Assembly: GCA_944363675.1 (NCBI GenBank)
Contig: CALVUT010000035.1
Location: 1 to 47,303 of the forward strand
DNA length: 47,303 nucleotides
Origin: an uncultured Bacilli bacterium
GTDB lineage: Bacteria; Bacillota_I; Bacilli_A; RF39; UBA660
Reading direction: 5' to 3'
Numbering within the stretch: the stretch's first letter is position 1; each line of letters begins with the position of its first letter. Of the stretch, positions 1-10,434 are shown piece by piece. The position numbers and the translations under genes are program-made. The notes below the pieces were generated by a model. It made no database searches, was not told where the DNA came from, and saw only the letters and a program-made list of their open reading frames with translations.

Positions 1-40
1 CTTCAAAAGTCAATCTTTAATTGATTTTTCCACTAATTCA

Positions 41-334
41 GTGTTAAAACGGCATTATATGTGCATAACTTTTATGATTATTGGAAAGTATTTTAACTAT
101 TTTTTATAAATTGTTTATAACTATTCATATTATATGAATTAATTTATAATGATTTTAAAGGACTTTGTTTTCTTTTTTCCACATATTCACATTATTGTGG
201 ATAATTTTATACACCATTTCAACTTAATCACATTTTTCTGAAAATAAAAATGTTGATAGTGTGGATAACTGCTTTTTTTCTTTTAAATACGGCATTTATT
301 TTGTTGATAACTTGTGAATAGTGTGTTAGGATAA
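41..334. promoter_or_regulatory. oriC left half: DnaA-box cluster and dnaA promoter region
   Basis: Perfect TGTGGATAA (reverse complement of TTATCCACA) at 196-204 and 260-268. TGTGCATAA (TTATNCACA class) at 60-68. One-mismatch boxes at 175-183 (TTTTCCACA) and 302-310 (TGTTGATAA). Lies directly upstream of dnaA. Confidence 0.8.
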
Positions 335-401
335 ATTTTGTTCTTTTAAATAGAACAAAAAAAGTGTAGAATATTGGTTATAAAGCGAGCGGGGTGGTGA
401 A

Positions 402-1787
402 ATGGAGCAAAAAGATCTTTGGCAATCTGTATTAGATGAAATCTATCCTGAAGTAAATTCGGCTTCATTTCATGCTTGGTTTCACGATTTAAAACTAATT
501 AAAATTCAAGATAATAAAGTGTATATTCAAGTGCCAATGGAAATTCACAAACGTATTTTAACAACAAATTACTATAGCTTGATCGATGATGCTTTTTATA
601 AAGTAACAAATCACAATTATGAATTTGAATTTCTCTTAAAAGAGGAAATAGGGGATGAGCTTTTACAACTTGAACCTATTGTGGATAATGTGGATAACTT
701 TGTTGTGGAAAAAAAGGAAGAGCCTTTAAATGATGAAAAGTGGGAAACGAATCTTAATCCTGAATTAAATTTTGATAATTATATTGTGGGTGATTCTAAT
801 CGATTGGCTAAGATTGCTGGGATGATTGTGGCTGAGCAACCGGGTAAAGTGCATAACCCTTTATTTATTTATGGAAAGAGTGGTCTAGGTAAAACACATT
901 TAATGCATGCGATAGGCAACTACATTGTTAGCCATTCTAAAAAAAAGGTTTTATACACAACAAGTGAAATGTTTAAAGATGATTATATAAGTATTACTAA
1001 TACCGAAAATGGAACTAGCAACATTCAAATTATGGCGAATTTTAAGAGAAAATATCGGGATGTAGACGTGCTTATTATTGATGATATCCAATATTTAGTA
1101 GGTGCCGAGAAAACGCAGCAAGAGTTTTTCCATACTTTTAATGCACTGCATCAAGCCAATAAGCAGATTATTATCAGTTCTGATCGAAGTCCTGATGATT
1201 TGAAACTGTTAGAAGAAAGACTTCGAAGTCGATTTATGTGGGGACTACCTGTGGATATTTATCCACCTGATTTTGAACTTCGGTGTGAAATAATTCGCGC
1301 AAAACTTAAGAACATGTCTATCTCAACTAAAATAGATGAAAATGTTATTGAGTATATTGCTAATAGTTGTCAAAATGATGTTCGTTTTCTGGAAGGAGCT
1401 TTAAACCGTTTAATGGCTTATACAGCAATGATTGTTCCCCCTAAAATTGATTTAAATTTTGCTATTGAAGCCTTAGCTGATTTTGTTAATAAAAATATTT
1501 ATAAGACTGATAGTATTGAATCTATTCAAAAAGCCGTAGCTGATTATTTTCATATACGGGTAGAGGATTTAAAAGGAAAAAGGCGTAGCGCGGATATTGC
1601 TTATCCACGGCAAATTGCCATGTATTTGTCACGTATTTTAACTGAAGAAAATTTAAACCGAATAGGGTTGGAATTTGGTGGAAGGGATCACTCGACAGTT
1701 ATTCACGCTTGTGATAAAATTGTAGAGGAACTTAAGGTGAATAAAACCTTAGAAAAACAAATTAAAGAAATTCAAAATAAGATGTAA
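402..1787 (+). CDS. dnaA: Chromosomal replication initiator DnaA
   Basis: 461-aa ORF. AAA+ Walker A GKSGLGKTHL, Walker B LIIDDIQ, C-terminal DNA-binding region RQIAMYLSR...GGRDHSTV. RBS GGGGTGGTG upstream. Confidence 0.98.
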   Translation: MEQKDLWQSVLDEIYPEVNSASFHAWFHDLKLIKIQDNKVYIQVPMEIHKRILTTNYYSLIDDAFYKVTNHNYEFEFLLKEEIGDELLQLEPIVDNVDNFVVEKKEEPLNDEKWETNLNPELNFDNYIVGDSNRLAKIAGMIVAEQPGKVHNPLFIYGKSGLGKTHLMHAIGNYIVSHSKKKVLYTTSEMFKDDYISITNTENGTSNIQIMANFKRKYRDVDVLIIDDIQYLVGAEKTQQEFFHTFNALHQANKQIIISSDRSPDDLKLLEERLRSRFMWGLPVDIYPPDFELRCEIIRAKLKNMSISTKIDENVIEYIANSCQNDVRFLEGALNRLMAYTAMIVPPKIDLNFAIEALADFVNKNIYKTDSIESIQKAVADYFHIRVEDLKGKRRSADIAYPRQIAMYLSRILTEENLNRIGLEFGGRDHSTVIHACDKIVEELKVNKTLEKQIKEIQNKM

Positions 1788-1925
1788 TGTGGATAAAAAA
1801 TTGCTAATGTGAATAACTATGCACATTAAAATTAGGTTGTAAAGCTAGTATTTATCGTCATTTTGAAAGTTATTCACATTATTCACATCATTATTATTAT
1901 GAATATATATTAATAAAATAAGAAA
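1788..1925. promoter_or_regulatory. oriC right half: DnaA boxes plus AT-rich candidate unwinding region (dnaA-dnaN intergenic)
   Basis: Perfect TGTGGATAA at 1788-1796. TGTGAATAA at 1808-1816. Two head-to-tail TTATTCACA boxes at 1870-1878 and 1879-1887, followed by TCATTATTATTAT (1888-1900) and an almost pure A/T tract up to the dnaN RBS. Confidence 0.7.
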
Positions 1926-1941
1926 GAGGGAAGGATGTTTT

Positions 1942-3060
1942 ATGAAATTTGCAATTGAAAAAAGTATTTTATTAGAAAATCTAAATAATGTAGTAAGAGG
2001 TATATCTACTAAAAATGTTATTCCAGTTTTAAATGGAATTAAATTTGAATTAAAAAGTGATGGTTTAACCTTAATGGCTAGTGATAGTGAATTAACTGTA
2101 GAAACTTTTATTGAAAGTAAGCTTATTAAAAATATAGAAAGTACAGGCACTATTATTATTAGTAGTAAGTATATTCTAGAAATTATTCGAAAAATGCCTA
2201 GTGATATTATTAATTTTGAAATGATGGATAGTTTAAAGATTAAGATTTATTCTGATTTTAATCAATACAATTTAAATTGTTTAGATCCAAGTGAGTATCC
2301 TAGCATCAAGTTATTAACACAAAAAGATCCTATTGTTATGAAAGCTAATATCTTAAAAGAACTTATTAATCAAACTAGTTTTGCAATTTCAACTCAAGAG
2401 TTGAGACCAATTTTGACTGGATTAAATTTAAAAATTAATGGGGATTTACTAGAATGTATCGCAACGGATTCTTATCGTTTAGCTAAAAAGAATATTCGGC
2501 TTGATAGTCCTGCTTCTAGTGATGTTAATATAGTTATTCCTGGTAAAAATATTATTGAATTAGAGCATATTTTAGTTGATGATGAGGATGTTTATATTCA
2601 TGTTTTCAATAATAGAGTGTTGTTTCAATATAAAAATATTAAATTTCAGACGAATATTTTAAGTGGAAGTTACCCTAATACATCTAATTTAATTCCTACT
2701 GAATTCGAAATTATTGTTCAAACCAAAAAGAACGACTTTATGGGAGCTGTAGATCGGGCTGCATTGTTAACTCAAGGTAAGGATAAAAATATTATTAAAA
2801 TGAAAATTGAAAATAGAGAGATGATTATTCATTCTTTTGCTTCTGAAATAGGTAAAACTGAAGAAAAAATAAAAATTGATACTAGTGAGTCTGCTAATAT
2901 TGATATTTCTTTTAGTTCTAAGTATATGTTAGAAGCTTTAAAGACTATTAAAGACGAGGATATATTAATTTTATTAAATAATGATGTTAAACCTTTAGTT
3001 ATTAAATCTTTAACAGATGAATCTTTGATTCAGCTTATTTTACCAATAAAAACTTATTAA
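1942..3060 (+). CDS. dnaN: DNA polymerase III beta sliding clamp
   Basis: 372-aa ORF directly after dnaA. Length and position are typical of the beta clamp. RBS AGGGAAGGA. Confidence 0.95.
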   Translation: MKFAIEKSILLENLNNVVRGISTKNVIPVLNGIKFELKSDGLTLMASDSELTVETFIESKLIKNIESTGTIIISSKYILEIIRKMPSDIINFEMMDSLKIKIYSDFNQYNLNCLDPSEYPSIKLLTQKDPIVMKANILKELINQTSFAISTQELRPILTGLNLKINGDLLECIATDSYRLAKKNIRLDSPASSDVNIVIPGKNIIELEHILVDDEDVYIHVFNNRVLFQYKNIKFQTNILSGSYPNTSNLIPTEFEIIVQTKKNDFMGAVDRAALLTQGKDKNIIKMKIENREMIIHSFASEIGKTEEKIKIDTSESANIDISFSSKYMLEALKTIKDEDILILLNNDVKPLVIKSLTDESLIQLILPIKTY

Positions 3061-3089
3061 AACTGTCTATTGAAAAGACAGTTTTTTTA
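3061..3089 (+). terminator. Rho-independent terminator after dnaN
   Basis: ACTGTCT / AGACAGT stem with a 7-nt loop, followed by a T-run. Confidence 0.8.
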
Positions 3090-3168
3090 AATAATTCTTT
3101 TTTCGACATTTTTTTCTATCTTTTTTTGTTATTCTAAAGACAATTTTCATTTTTAAGGGGGAAAATTA

Positions 3169-3636
3169 ATGGAAAATTATGAAATTAATAACGAAACAAT
3201 GGCTTTGATTCCTTTGTCGAAAGGAAAAGTTAAAGTATTAGAGTATGATGAGGAGTTCATTTTGGATACAAATGCTACTCAAATTATGGAGGATAGCTGT
3301 CAATATTTTGGAAGTAGTTTGGAAGGAAGACGTAAGGGCACTGAAGTTATGATTGGAGTTAGTTATAAAGCACCTATTATTGTAGAGGAGACTTTTGAGT
3401 TAATTTTTTTTCCTCTTTCTTCTTCTCGTTATCACGATACACCTTGGATTAGTTTAAAATATGTGGATAAGTACTATAAAGAAGGAAAAAATGTTGTTTT
3501 GGAGTTTTTAAATGGCCGAAAAATTTTATTGGATGTTACTTTTGGTATTTTTGACAATCAACTTTTAAGAGCTACTCGGTTAGAAAGCGCTTTAAGAGGT
3601 CGAAAAGTACAAAAAAAACATTTTAACAGGCATTAA
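3169..3636 (+). CDS. ComK-family (competence transcription factor-like) protein
   Basis: 155 aa. By eye it aligns with B. subtilis ComK: SCQYFGSSLEGRRKGT vs SCRFFGSSYAGRKAGT; KAPIIVEETFELIFFPLSSSRYHDTPWIS vs KPPIMVDPSNQIFLFPTLSSTRPQCGWIS; FDNQLLRATRL vs FENQVYRTAWL. RBS AAGGGGG. Confidence 0.7.
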   Translation: MENYEINNETMALIPLSKGKVKVLEYDEEFILDTNATQIMEDSCQYFGSSLEGRRKGTEVMIGVSYKAPIIVEETFELIFFPLSSSRYHDTPWISLKYVDKYYKEGKNVVLEFLNGRKILLDVTFGIFDNQLLRATRLESALRGRKVQKKHFNRH

Positions 3637-3715
3637 AATGTGATATAATGTTTGTAGGTATGGGAGTATTATTATACCTATTATTTTTCTTAAAATTAAA
3701 ATTAAGAGGTATTTT

Positions 3716-4825
3716 ATGAGAATTGAGTCTTTGAAATTGTTAAATTTTAGAAATTATGAACATTTAGATGTAAAATTCCATCCTAATCTTAATTTGATTT
3801 ATGGAAAGAATGGTTCTGGTAAAACAAATCTGGTTGAAGCTATTTATGTTTTGTTTTTAACTAGGAGTTTTCGCATGACTCAGGAAAAAACATTAATATT
3901 AGATGGTAAAGAGGCTTCACGTATTGAGGGTAATGTTTATCGAAAATCTTTAATTAATTATCGTGTTTATCTTTCTAAAGAAGGAAAAAAAGTTAGGATT
4001 AATCAGCAAAACATTACTAAAATTAGTGATTATATCTCTAATATGGCTATAGTTCTTTTTCATCCAGATGATTTACGTTTTATCAAAGATGCTCCAAGTA
4101 CCCGGCGAAAAACTTTAAATATTTCTATTTCTTTAATTTATTTTCAGTATTTGCAATATTTGAATTATTACCAAAATGTTTTAAAGCAAAGAAATGCATA
4201 TTTAAAACAAATGATTATAAATGCAAATCAATCGGGAGAGTATTTGAATATTTTAACGGAAAAACTAATTGAATATGGGTATTATATTTATCAAAAACGT
4301 GCTGAATTTATTCAATTAATAAATCCTTATTTGACTAATTATTATGAAAAAATTACAGGGTCTTTTGGATTACAGCTTGAGTATATTTCTTCTTATCAAG
4401 GTGTTTCTAAAGAAAATTTGATAAAATTATATGAAAAAGGATTGGAGAAAGATTTGAAATTTGGTAAGACTCATCTTGGTATTCATATGGATGACTTGCG
4501 CTTTTTATTGGATGGTAAAGATTTAAAAGATTATGGTAGCGAAGGTCAACAAAAGAATGCTATTATTGCTTATAAGTTTAGTGAGTTAGAAATATTTAAA
4601 GTAAGTACAGGAAATTATCCTATTTTAATATTAGATGACTTATTTAGTGAGTTGGATCAAGGAAAAATAAAAAATATCTTAGAATTGTTAAAGCCTGAAG
4701 TTCAGACTTTTATTACAACGACTGAGTTAGATCATTTTCATTTTTTAGATCAGTTTAACTATAAGAAATTTCATATTGATCTAGGAAATATAGTGGAGGA
4801 GAGTGAACATGAAACAAGAAGATAG
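3716..4825 (+). CDS. recF: DNA replication and repair protein RecF
   Basis: 369 aa. N-terminal Walker [13 protein letters not shown]-like C-terminal [12 protein letters not shown]. Conserved position before gyrB. Confidence 0.95.
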   Translation: MRIESLKLLNFRNYEHLDVKFHPNLNLIYGKNGSGKTNLVEAIYVLFLTRSFRMTQEKTLILDGKEASRIEGNVYRKSLINYRVYLSKEGKKVRINQQNITKISDYISNMAIVLFHPDDLRFIKDAPSTRRKTLNISISLIYFQYLQYLNYYQNVLKQRNAYLKQMIINANQSGEYLNILTEKLIEYGYYIYQKRAEFIQLINPYLTNYYEKITGSFGLQLEYISSYQGVSKENLIKLYEKGLEKDLKFGKTHLGIHMDDLRFLLDGKDLKDYGSEGQQKNAIIAYKFSELEIFKVSTGNYPILILDDLFSELDQGKIKNILELLKPEVQTFITTTELDHFHFLDQFNYKKFHIDLGNIVEESEHETRR

Positions 4826-6725
4826 TCATTATAATGATAGTGATATCCAGGTTCTTGAAGGGTTGGAAGCTGTTCGGAAAAGACCTGGTATGTATATTGG
4901 AAACACAAATGAAGCTGGACTTCATCATTTAGTATGGGAAATTGTTGATAATGCTGTTGATGAAGCTTTAGCCGGTTATTGCGATGATATTGAGGTTGAA
5001 ATTGGTAAAGGCAATGTTATAACGGTTAAAGACGATGGGCGTGGTATGCCTACGGGAATGAATGCCAAGACTGGTCTTTCAACTATTGAAACGATTTTTA
5101 CTGTTTTGCATGCTGGTGGAAAGTTTGGGGGCGGTGGCTATAAAGTTTCTGGTGGTCTACATGGTGTCGGAGCAAGTGTTGTTAATGCCCTTTCTGATTG
5201 GCTAGAAGTTCGCGTTTATCGTGATGGTAACGTGTATTATCAAAAATTTGAAAATGGTGGTCATCCAGTTGAACCTTTGAAAATTATTGATAAATGTAGT
5301 GAAGATAGAACCGGTACAACTGTTACGTTCCATGCAGATCCTACTTGTTTTGAAACGACTATTTATAATTGGGATATTCTTTATAAAAGATTACAAGAAA
5401 TAGCTTTTTTGAATAAAGGTATTCGGATTACTTTAATTGATCATCGTGAGGATGAAAAGAAAGAAATTTTTCATTATAATGGTGGGATTATTGAATATGT
5501 TCAAATGCTTAATAAATCTAAGCAGCCTTTGTTTGATGATGTTGTTTATGTTGAAGGACGCGAAAATGATGTTTTGATTGAAGTTGCTATGCAATACAAT
5601 GATTCTTATAATTCGCAAATTTATTCTTTTACGAATAATATTCATACGACTGAAGGCGGCACGCATGAAGATGGAGTAAAGCAAGCTTTAACAAGAGTTA
5701 TTAACAATTATGCTAAACAAAACAAGCTATTAAAAGATAATGACGATAGTTTGACAGGGGAAGATGTTCGGGAAGGTTTGGTAATGATTGTTTCTTGCAA
5801 ACATCCTAATCCTCAGTTTGAGGGTCAAACGAAAACTAAATTAGGAAATAGTGAAGTAAAAAAGATTGCCAGTGATGTTTTTGGAAATGGATTGGAAAGA
5901 TTTTTATTGGAAAATCCAGATGCTGCTCGGGCAATTATTGAAAAAAGTATGACGGCTTCTAGAGCTCGTTTAGCTGCTAAGAAAGCTCGGGAATTGACGC
6001 GGAGAAAAGGCGATTTAGATATTACTAATTTTTATGGTAAATTATCTGATTGTAAGAGCAAAGATCCTTCTGAATGTGAAATTTTCTTAGTCGAGGGTGA
6101 TAGTGCTGGTGGTTCTGCTAAAAAGGGTCGTAATAGTATGACACAAGCCATTCTTCCATTACGTGGAAAAATATTAAATGTGGAGAAGGCCAGACTTGAT
6201 CGTGCTTTATCTAACGAAGAAATTCGAACAATTATTACAGCATTTGGAACAGGTATTGGTGAAGAATTTGATTTGTCTAAACTTCGGTATAATAAAATTA
6301 TTATTATGACCGATGCCGATGTTGATGGAGCTCATATTCGAGTACTTTTATTGACGTTATTTTATCGTTTCTTTAAGCCAATTGTGGAAGCTGGTCATGT
6401 TTATGCCGCTCAACCACCTTTGTATAGTATTAAACATGGTAAAACTATTAAGTATGTTTTAACGGATGAGGAAAAAGATGAATATATTGCATCTTTATCT
6501 CCTAATACAAAATATGAGATTGGTCGAATGAAGGGTTTAGGTGAAATGGATGCTGATGAACTTTATGAGACTACTATGGACATTGAAAAAAGGACATTGA
6601 GACAAATTACAGTTGATGATACAATTGCAGCGGATGAGATATTTTCAACGCTTATGGGTGAAGAAGTTGAACCAAGGCGTAAGTTTATTGAAGATAATGC
6701 TCGTTATGCTGATTTGGATATTTAG
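4809..6725 (+). CDS. gyrB: DNA gyrase subunit B
   Basis: GHKL ATPase N-terminus ([13 protein letters not shown]). TOPRIM motifs EGDSAGG and [12 protein letters not shown] 4809 sits 7 nt after GGAGGAG; the ORF-track start at 4803 is GTG. Confidence 0.98.
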   Translation: MKQEDSHYNDSDIQVLEGLEAVRKRPGMYIGNTNEAGLHHLVWEIVDNAVDEALAGYCDDIEVEIGKGNVITVKDDGRGMPTGMNAKTGLSTIETIFTVLHAGGKFGGGGYKVSGGLHGVGASVVNALSDWLEVRVYRDGNVYYQKFENGGHPVEPLKIIDKCSEDRTGTTVTFHADPTCFETTIYNWDILYKRLQEIAFLNKGIRITLIDHREDEKKEIFHYNGGIIEYVQMLNKSKQPLFDDVVYVEGRENDVLIEVAMQYNDSYNSQIYSFTNNIHTTEGGTHEDGVKQALTRVINNYAKQNKLLKDNDDSLTGEDVREGLVMIVSCKHPNPQFEGQTKTKLGNSEVKKIASDVFGNGLERFLLENPDAARAIIEKSMTASRARLAAKKARELTRRKGDLDITNFYGKLSDCKSKDPSECEIFLVEGDSAGGSAKKGRNSMTQAILPLRGKILNVEKARLDRALSNEEIRTIITAFGTGIGEEFDLSKLRYNKIIIMTDADVDGAHIRVLLLTLFYRFFKPIVEAGHVYAAQPPLYSIKHGKTIKYVLTDEEKDEYIASLSPNTKYEIGRMKGLGEMDADELYETTMDIEKRTLRQITVDDTIAADEIFSTLMGEEVEPRRKFIEDNARYADLDI

Positions 6726-6735
6726 GAGGTAGTGT

Positions 6736-9186
6736 ATGGATAAGCTTGAACAAAATAATATTGTCAGTGAAGTTAGTAAGTCTTTTGTTGACTACTCTGT
6801 AAGTGTTATTACTTCGCGTGCTTTGCCAGATTTAAGAGATGGCTTGAAACCTGTTCATCGTCGTATTTTATTTTCTATGTATCAATCTGGTTATACTTCT
6901 GATAAACAACATAAAAAATGTGCTCGTATTGTTGGAGATGTAATGGGTAAATTTCATCCACATGGTGATTCTTCTATTTATGAAGCGTTAGTACGCATGG
7001 CACAAGATTTTAGTTACCGTTGTCCTTTGATTGATGGACATGGAAATTTTGGTAATATGGATGGTGATGGCGCGGCTGCAATGCGTTATACTGAGGCTAG
7101 ATTGTCTAAAATTTCTGGTGAATTGTTAAGGGATATTGGAAAAGATACGGTGAATATGATTCCAAACTTTGATGAGTCAGAGAAAGAACCTGAGGTTTTA
7201 CCTAGTCGTTTTCCAAATATTTTGGTTAATGGAACAATGGGTATTGCTGTAGGTATGGCTACCAATATTCCGCCACATAATTTAGGTGAAGTGATTGACG
7301 GGTGCGTTGCCTATATTGATAATCCTGATATAGATACGCTTGGATTGATGCAATATATTAAAGGACCTGATTTTCCAACGGGAGCAACTATTTTAGGAAA
7401 TAGTGGTATAAAAAAGGCTTATGAAACCGGACGGGGAACAATTACTATTCGGAGTAAAGCAAGTATTGAAGAAAAGAATGGACGTTACCAAATTGTATTT
7501 GACGAAGTTCCTTATGGAGTTAATACGTTAGAGTTAAAGAATAAAGTTGCTGAACTTGTTCACAATAAAGTTATTGATGGTATTTCTGACTATCATTCCG
7601 ATTTAAAAGATGGAATAAAAATTACTATTACATTAAAGCGGGATGCAAATCCACAAGTTGTATTAAATAATTTATATAAACATACTTCTTTTCAAACTAC
7701 CTATGGTATAATTTTATTAATGATCGATCAAAAAGTTCCAAAAGTTTTGGGATTAAAAGAGATTATTAGTAAATATATTGATTTTCAAAAAGAGGTTATT
7801 ATTCGGAGAACTCGTTATGATTTGAAGAAGGCTGAAGATCGAGTTCATATTTTGGAAGGATTAAAAATTGCGCTAGATCATATTGATGAGGTCATTAAAA
7901 TTATTCGAGGTAGCAGAACTGATACTGATGCCAAACAGGCTTTGATGAGTCGTTTCGGACTTTCTGAAATTCAAAGTGATGCTATTCTTGAAATGAGATT
8001 GCGTCGTTTAACGGGGTTAGAAAAAGATAAAATCGAAGCTGAATTAGCTGAATTATTGAAAAAAATAGAAGAATATAAAGCAATTTTAGCAAGCGAGCAA
8101 TTGGTATTAGATATTATTAAACAGGAATTGTTAGAAATTAAGGATAAATATGCTGATGAACGTCGTACTAATATTGATATGACTGCTGTTGAGTATATTG
8201 AAGATGAGTCCTTAATTCCAGAGGAAAGTATCATGATTGCACTTACAAACAAAGGATATATTAAACGAACTGCTGTTGATACTTTTAAATCTCAAAATCG
8301 TGGAGGTGTTGGGGTTAAAGGTATGGGAACAAATGAAGAAGATTTTGTAGAACATTTATTGACTTTATCAACGCATGATTATGTTTTATTCTTTACAAAC
8401 AAAGGTAAAGTTTACCGTTTGAAAGGATATGAAGTTCCGGAATTTAGTCGTCAATCTAAAGGTATACCTGTTATCAACTTATTACAAATCGATAAAGATG
8501 AATCCGTTAACTCAATGATCAAGATAACCAGAGATGATCCTGCAAAATACTTATTGTTTGCTACTCGCAAAGGAATCGTCAAGAAAACGGCGATAGAAGA
8601 ATTTGAGAATATTCGTACGAACGGTAAAATATGTATTTCGCTTCGTGATTCAGATGAACTTATTAGTGTACGTAAAACTTCTGGTAATGATATGATTTTA
8701 TTAGGTTCTAGTGCTGGACGAATGGTAAAATTTAATGAAGATGCTGTTCGGGTTATGGGACGCACCGCTAGTGGAGTTCGCGGAATTCATTTAGATAATC
8801 AAGAGTGTATTGGGGCAGAAATTGCTACGGATGATGATAAAATTCTTATTGTAACTAAAAAGGGTTACGGAAAACAAACATTTGTTCGTGAATATAGACA
8901 AACAAGTCGCGGTAGCAAAGGTGTAAAGGCTTTAAATATTACTGATAAAAATGGTAGTATCGCAGCATTTAAACTTGTTGAAGACAATTCGGATGTCGTT
9001 ATTATTACAAATACAGGAATGTTAATTCGTTTACCTTTGCAACAAATATCTACTCTTGGAAGAGCTACTCAAGGAGTTAGACTTATTCATTTAAAAGATG
9101 AACAAACTGTATCTACTATAAGTATTGTTGTTCATGAGGAATCTAATTCAACGGATGAGGGCATTAGTATAAAAAAAGAAGATTAG
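6736..9186 (+). CDS. gyrA: DNA gyrase subunit A
   Basis: 816 aa. Active-site region [14 protein letters not shown]-like [17 protein letters not shown], repeated C-terminal beta-pinwheel blades. Confidence 0.98.
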   Translation: MDKLEQNNIVSEVSKSFVDYSVSVITSRALPDLRDGLKPVHRRILFSMYQSGYTSDKQHKKCARIVGDVMGKFHPHGDSSIYEALVRMAQDFSYRCPLIDGHGNFGNMDGDGAAAMRYTEARLSKISGELLRDIGKDTVNMIPNFDESEKEPEVLPSRFPNILVNGTMGIAVGMATNIPPHNLGEVIDGCVAYIDNPDIDTLGLMQYIKGPDFPTGATILGNSGIKKAYETGRGTITIRSKASIEEKNGRYQIVFDEVPYGVNTLELKNKVAELVHNKVIDGISDYHSDLKDGIKITITLKRDANPQVVLNNLYKHTSFQTTYGIILLMIDQKVPKVLGLKEIISKYIDFQKEVIIRRTRYDLKKAEDRVHILEGLKIALDHIDEVIKIIRGSRTDTDAKQALMSRFGLSEIQSDAILEMRLRRLTGLEKDKIEAELAELLKKIEEYKAILASEQLVLDIIKQELLEIKDKYADERRTNIDMTAVEYIEDESLIPEESIMIALTNKGYIKRTAVDTFKSQNRGGVGVKGMGTNEEDFVEHLLTLSTHDYVLFFTNKGKVYRLKGYEVPEFSRQSKGIPVINLLQIDKDESVNSMIKITRDDPAKYLLFATRKGIVKKTAIEEFENIRTNGKICISLRDSDELISVRKTSGNDMILLGSSAGRMVKFNEDAVRVMGRTASGVRGIHLDNQECIGAEIATDDDKILIVTKKGYGKQTFVREYRQTSRGSKGVKALNITDKNGSIAAFKLVEDNSDVVIITNTGMLIRLPLQQISTLGRATQGVRLIHLKDEQTVSTISIVVHEESNSTDEGISIKKED

Positions 9187-9204
9187 TAAATCTTCTTTTT
9201 TTTT
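9176..9204 (+). terminator. Rho-independent terminator overlapping the gyrA stop
   Basis: AAGAAGATT (9176-9184) / AATCTTCTT (9189-9197) stem, 4-nt loop, then a T-run (9198-9204). Confidence 0.75.
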
Positions 9205-9222
9205 ATGTTTCACGTGAAACAT
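9205..9222. promoter_or_regulatory. parS site 1 (ParB/Spo0J binding consensus)
   Basis: The core 16 nt, TGTTTCACGTGAAACA, is the perfect palindromic parS consensus. Lies directly after the gyrA terminator. Confidence 0.85.
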
Positions 9223-9367
9223 TGTTTCTTTAAAATGCCTTTCTTAATAATAAAGCAAACAATTTAAACATAATTCTAATCTAATTTGTTTTATTGTATT
9301 TTTTAAATATTATATTAAAACGATATCACGAAACTTATAATAGGTTATATGCCTAAATGTTTATAAC

Positions 9368-9385
9368 ATGTTTCACGTGAAACAT
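9368..9385. promoter_or_regulatory. parS site 2
   Basis: Exact ATGTTTCACGTGAAACAT. Preceded by TGTTTATAA (9358-9366), a 2-mismatch DnaA-box-like motif. Confidence 0.85.
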
Positions 9386-9626
9386 ACAAATATAGATTTT
9401 TATGTAAGATTTATTGCTAATTAAAATGATGAAAAAAATTAAAGAGTTATTTTAAAAACAATTTGTATTAAAGTTTTTTTACATGATCTTATGTAAACAT
9501 TTATAACATGTTTGAGTGAAAATAAAGTCAATTATATAATTCAACAAAATTTTTACTTATTAAAAAACAGATGTATTTTATATTAAAACTATAATTTTAT
9601 GGATAAAAGCCCAATTGTGCATAACA

Positions 9627-9644
9627 ATGTTTCACGTGAAACAT
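9627..9644. promoter_or_regulatory. parS site 3
   Basis: Exact copy. TGTGCATAA (9616-9624, TTATNCACA class) ends 2 nt upstream. TATGGATAA at 9598-9606. Confidence 0.85.
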
Positions 9645-9813
9645 TGCAAGATTTTTATTTAAAAAACATTAAAATGTATAATCAGGATTTTGATCGATTA
9701 AAAATAAGCTATTTTTGATAAATATGAGCAATTTTTTTGATTATTATTATAAATTATTAATGTATTTTTTTTTAGAATGCATTTTATGGATAAATGCCTA
9801 TATGTGTATAACT

Positions 9814-9831
9814 ATGTTTCACGTGAAACAT
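9814..9831. promoter_or_regulatory. parS site 4
   Basis: Exact copy. TGTGTATAA (9803-9811) ends 2 nt upstream. TATGGATAA at 9785-9793. Confidence 0.85.
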
Positions 9832-9997
9832 AGTTATTGATCATTTTATTTTTTATTAAAAAAAATTAGAAATATAATCATATTTAAAAAATATATATTT
9901 TTATATTATAATTTATAAAATTTTGATATTTATCAATGTTTACTATAAAAAAAACATTTTGATTCTTTTGGGCTATTATCTTGGAAATGTGTATAAG

Positions 9998-10015
9998 ATG
10001 TTTCACGTGAAACAT
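9998..10015. promoter_or_regulatory. parS site 5
   Basis: Exact copy. TGTGTATAA (9988-9996) ends 1 nt upstream. Confidence 0.85.
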
Positions 10016-10271
10016 ACAAATATAGATTTTTATGTAAGATTTATTGCTAATTAAAATGATGAAAAAAATTAAAGAGTTATTTTAAAAACAATTTGTATTA
10101 AAATTTTTTACTATGATCTTATATAAACCAATATTATGTAAACGTTTATAACATGTTTGAGTGAAATATAAAGTCAATTATATAATTTAACAAAATTTTT
10201 ACTAATTAAAAACAGATGTATTTTATATTAAAACTATAATTTTATGGATAAATGCCTAATTGTGCATAACA

Positions 10272-10289
10272 ATGTTTCACGTGAAACAT
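10272..10289. promoter_or_regulatory. parS site 6
   Basis: Exact copy. TGTGCATAA (10261-10269) ends 2 nt upstream. TATGGATAA at 10243-10251. Confidence 0.85.
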
Positions 10290-10434
10290 TGTCATTGATT
10301 ATTTTACTTTTTCTTAAAAAAAATTAGAAATATAATCATATTTAAAGAATTTTAGATATATTTTTATATTATATTTTGTAAAATTTCGATATTTATCAAT
10401 ATTTACTATAAAAAATCTTGGAAATGTGTATAAG

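Noticed and set aside
1845-2150. Minus-strand ORFs: 1845-2150, 5433-5684, 7971-8252, 8451-8765, 11160-11390, 13014-13196, 13709-13903, 20394-20666, 20825-21070, 25398-25592, 28727-28945, 31808-32023, 38483-38689, 39532-39720, 40457-40744, 41002-41265, 43053-43256 and 46553-46975
   Set aside because: Each lies antisense inside or across a well-supported + strand gene or RNA element. All have low-complexity Ile/Leu/Phe/Asn-rich translations typical of the mirror frames of AT-rich genes, and none has a convincing RBS.
3061-3168. ComK-box (AAAA-N5-TTTT) upstream of the ComK-like gene
   Set aside because: AAAAGACAGTTTT fits the half-site pattern but it is simply the dnaN terminator stem and T-run. 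Such patterns are expected by chance in DNA this AT-rich.
3641-3700. Extended -10 element TGATATAAT (3641-3649) followed by a TAGGTAT/ATACCTA hairpin, as a possible attenuator before recF
   Set aside because: No clear -35, the hairpin loop is 12 nt, and the T-run is interrupted. It is more simply a weak terminator for the ComK-like gene. Evidence is insufficient.
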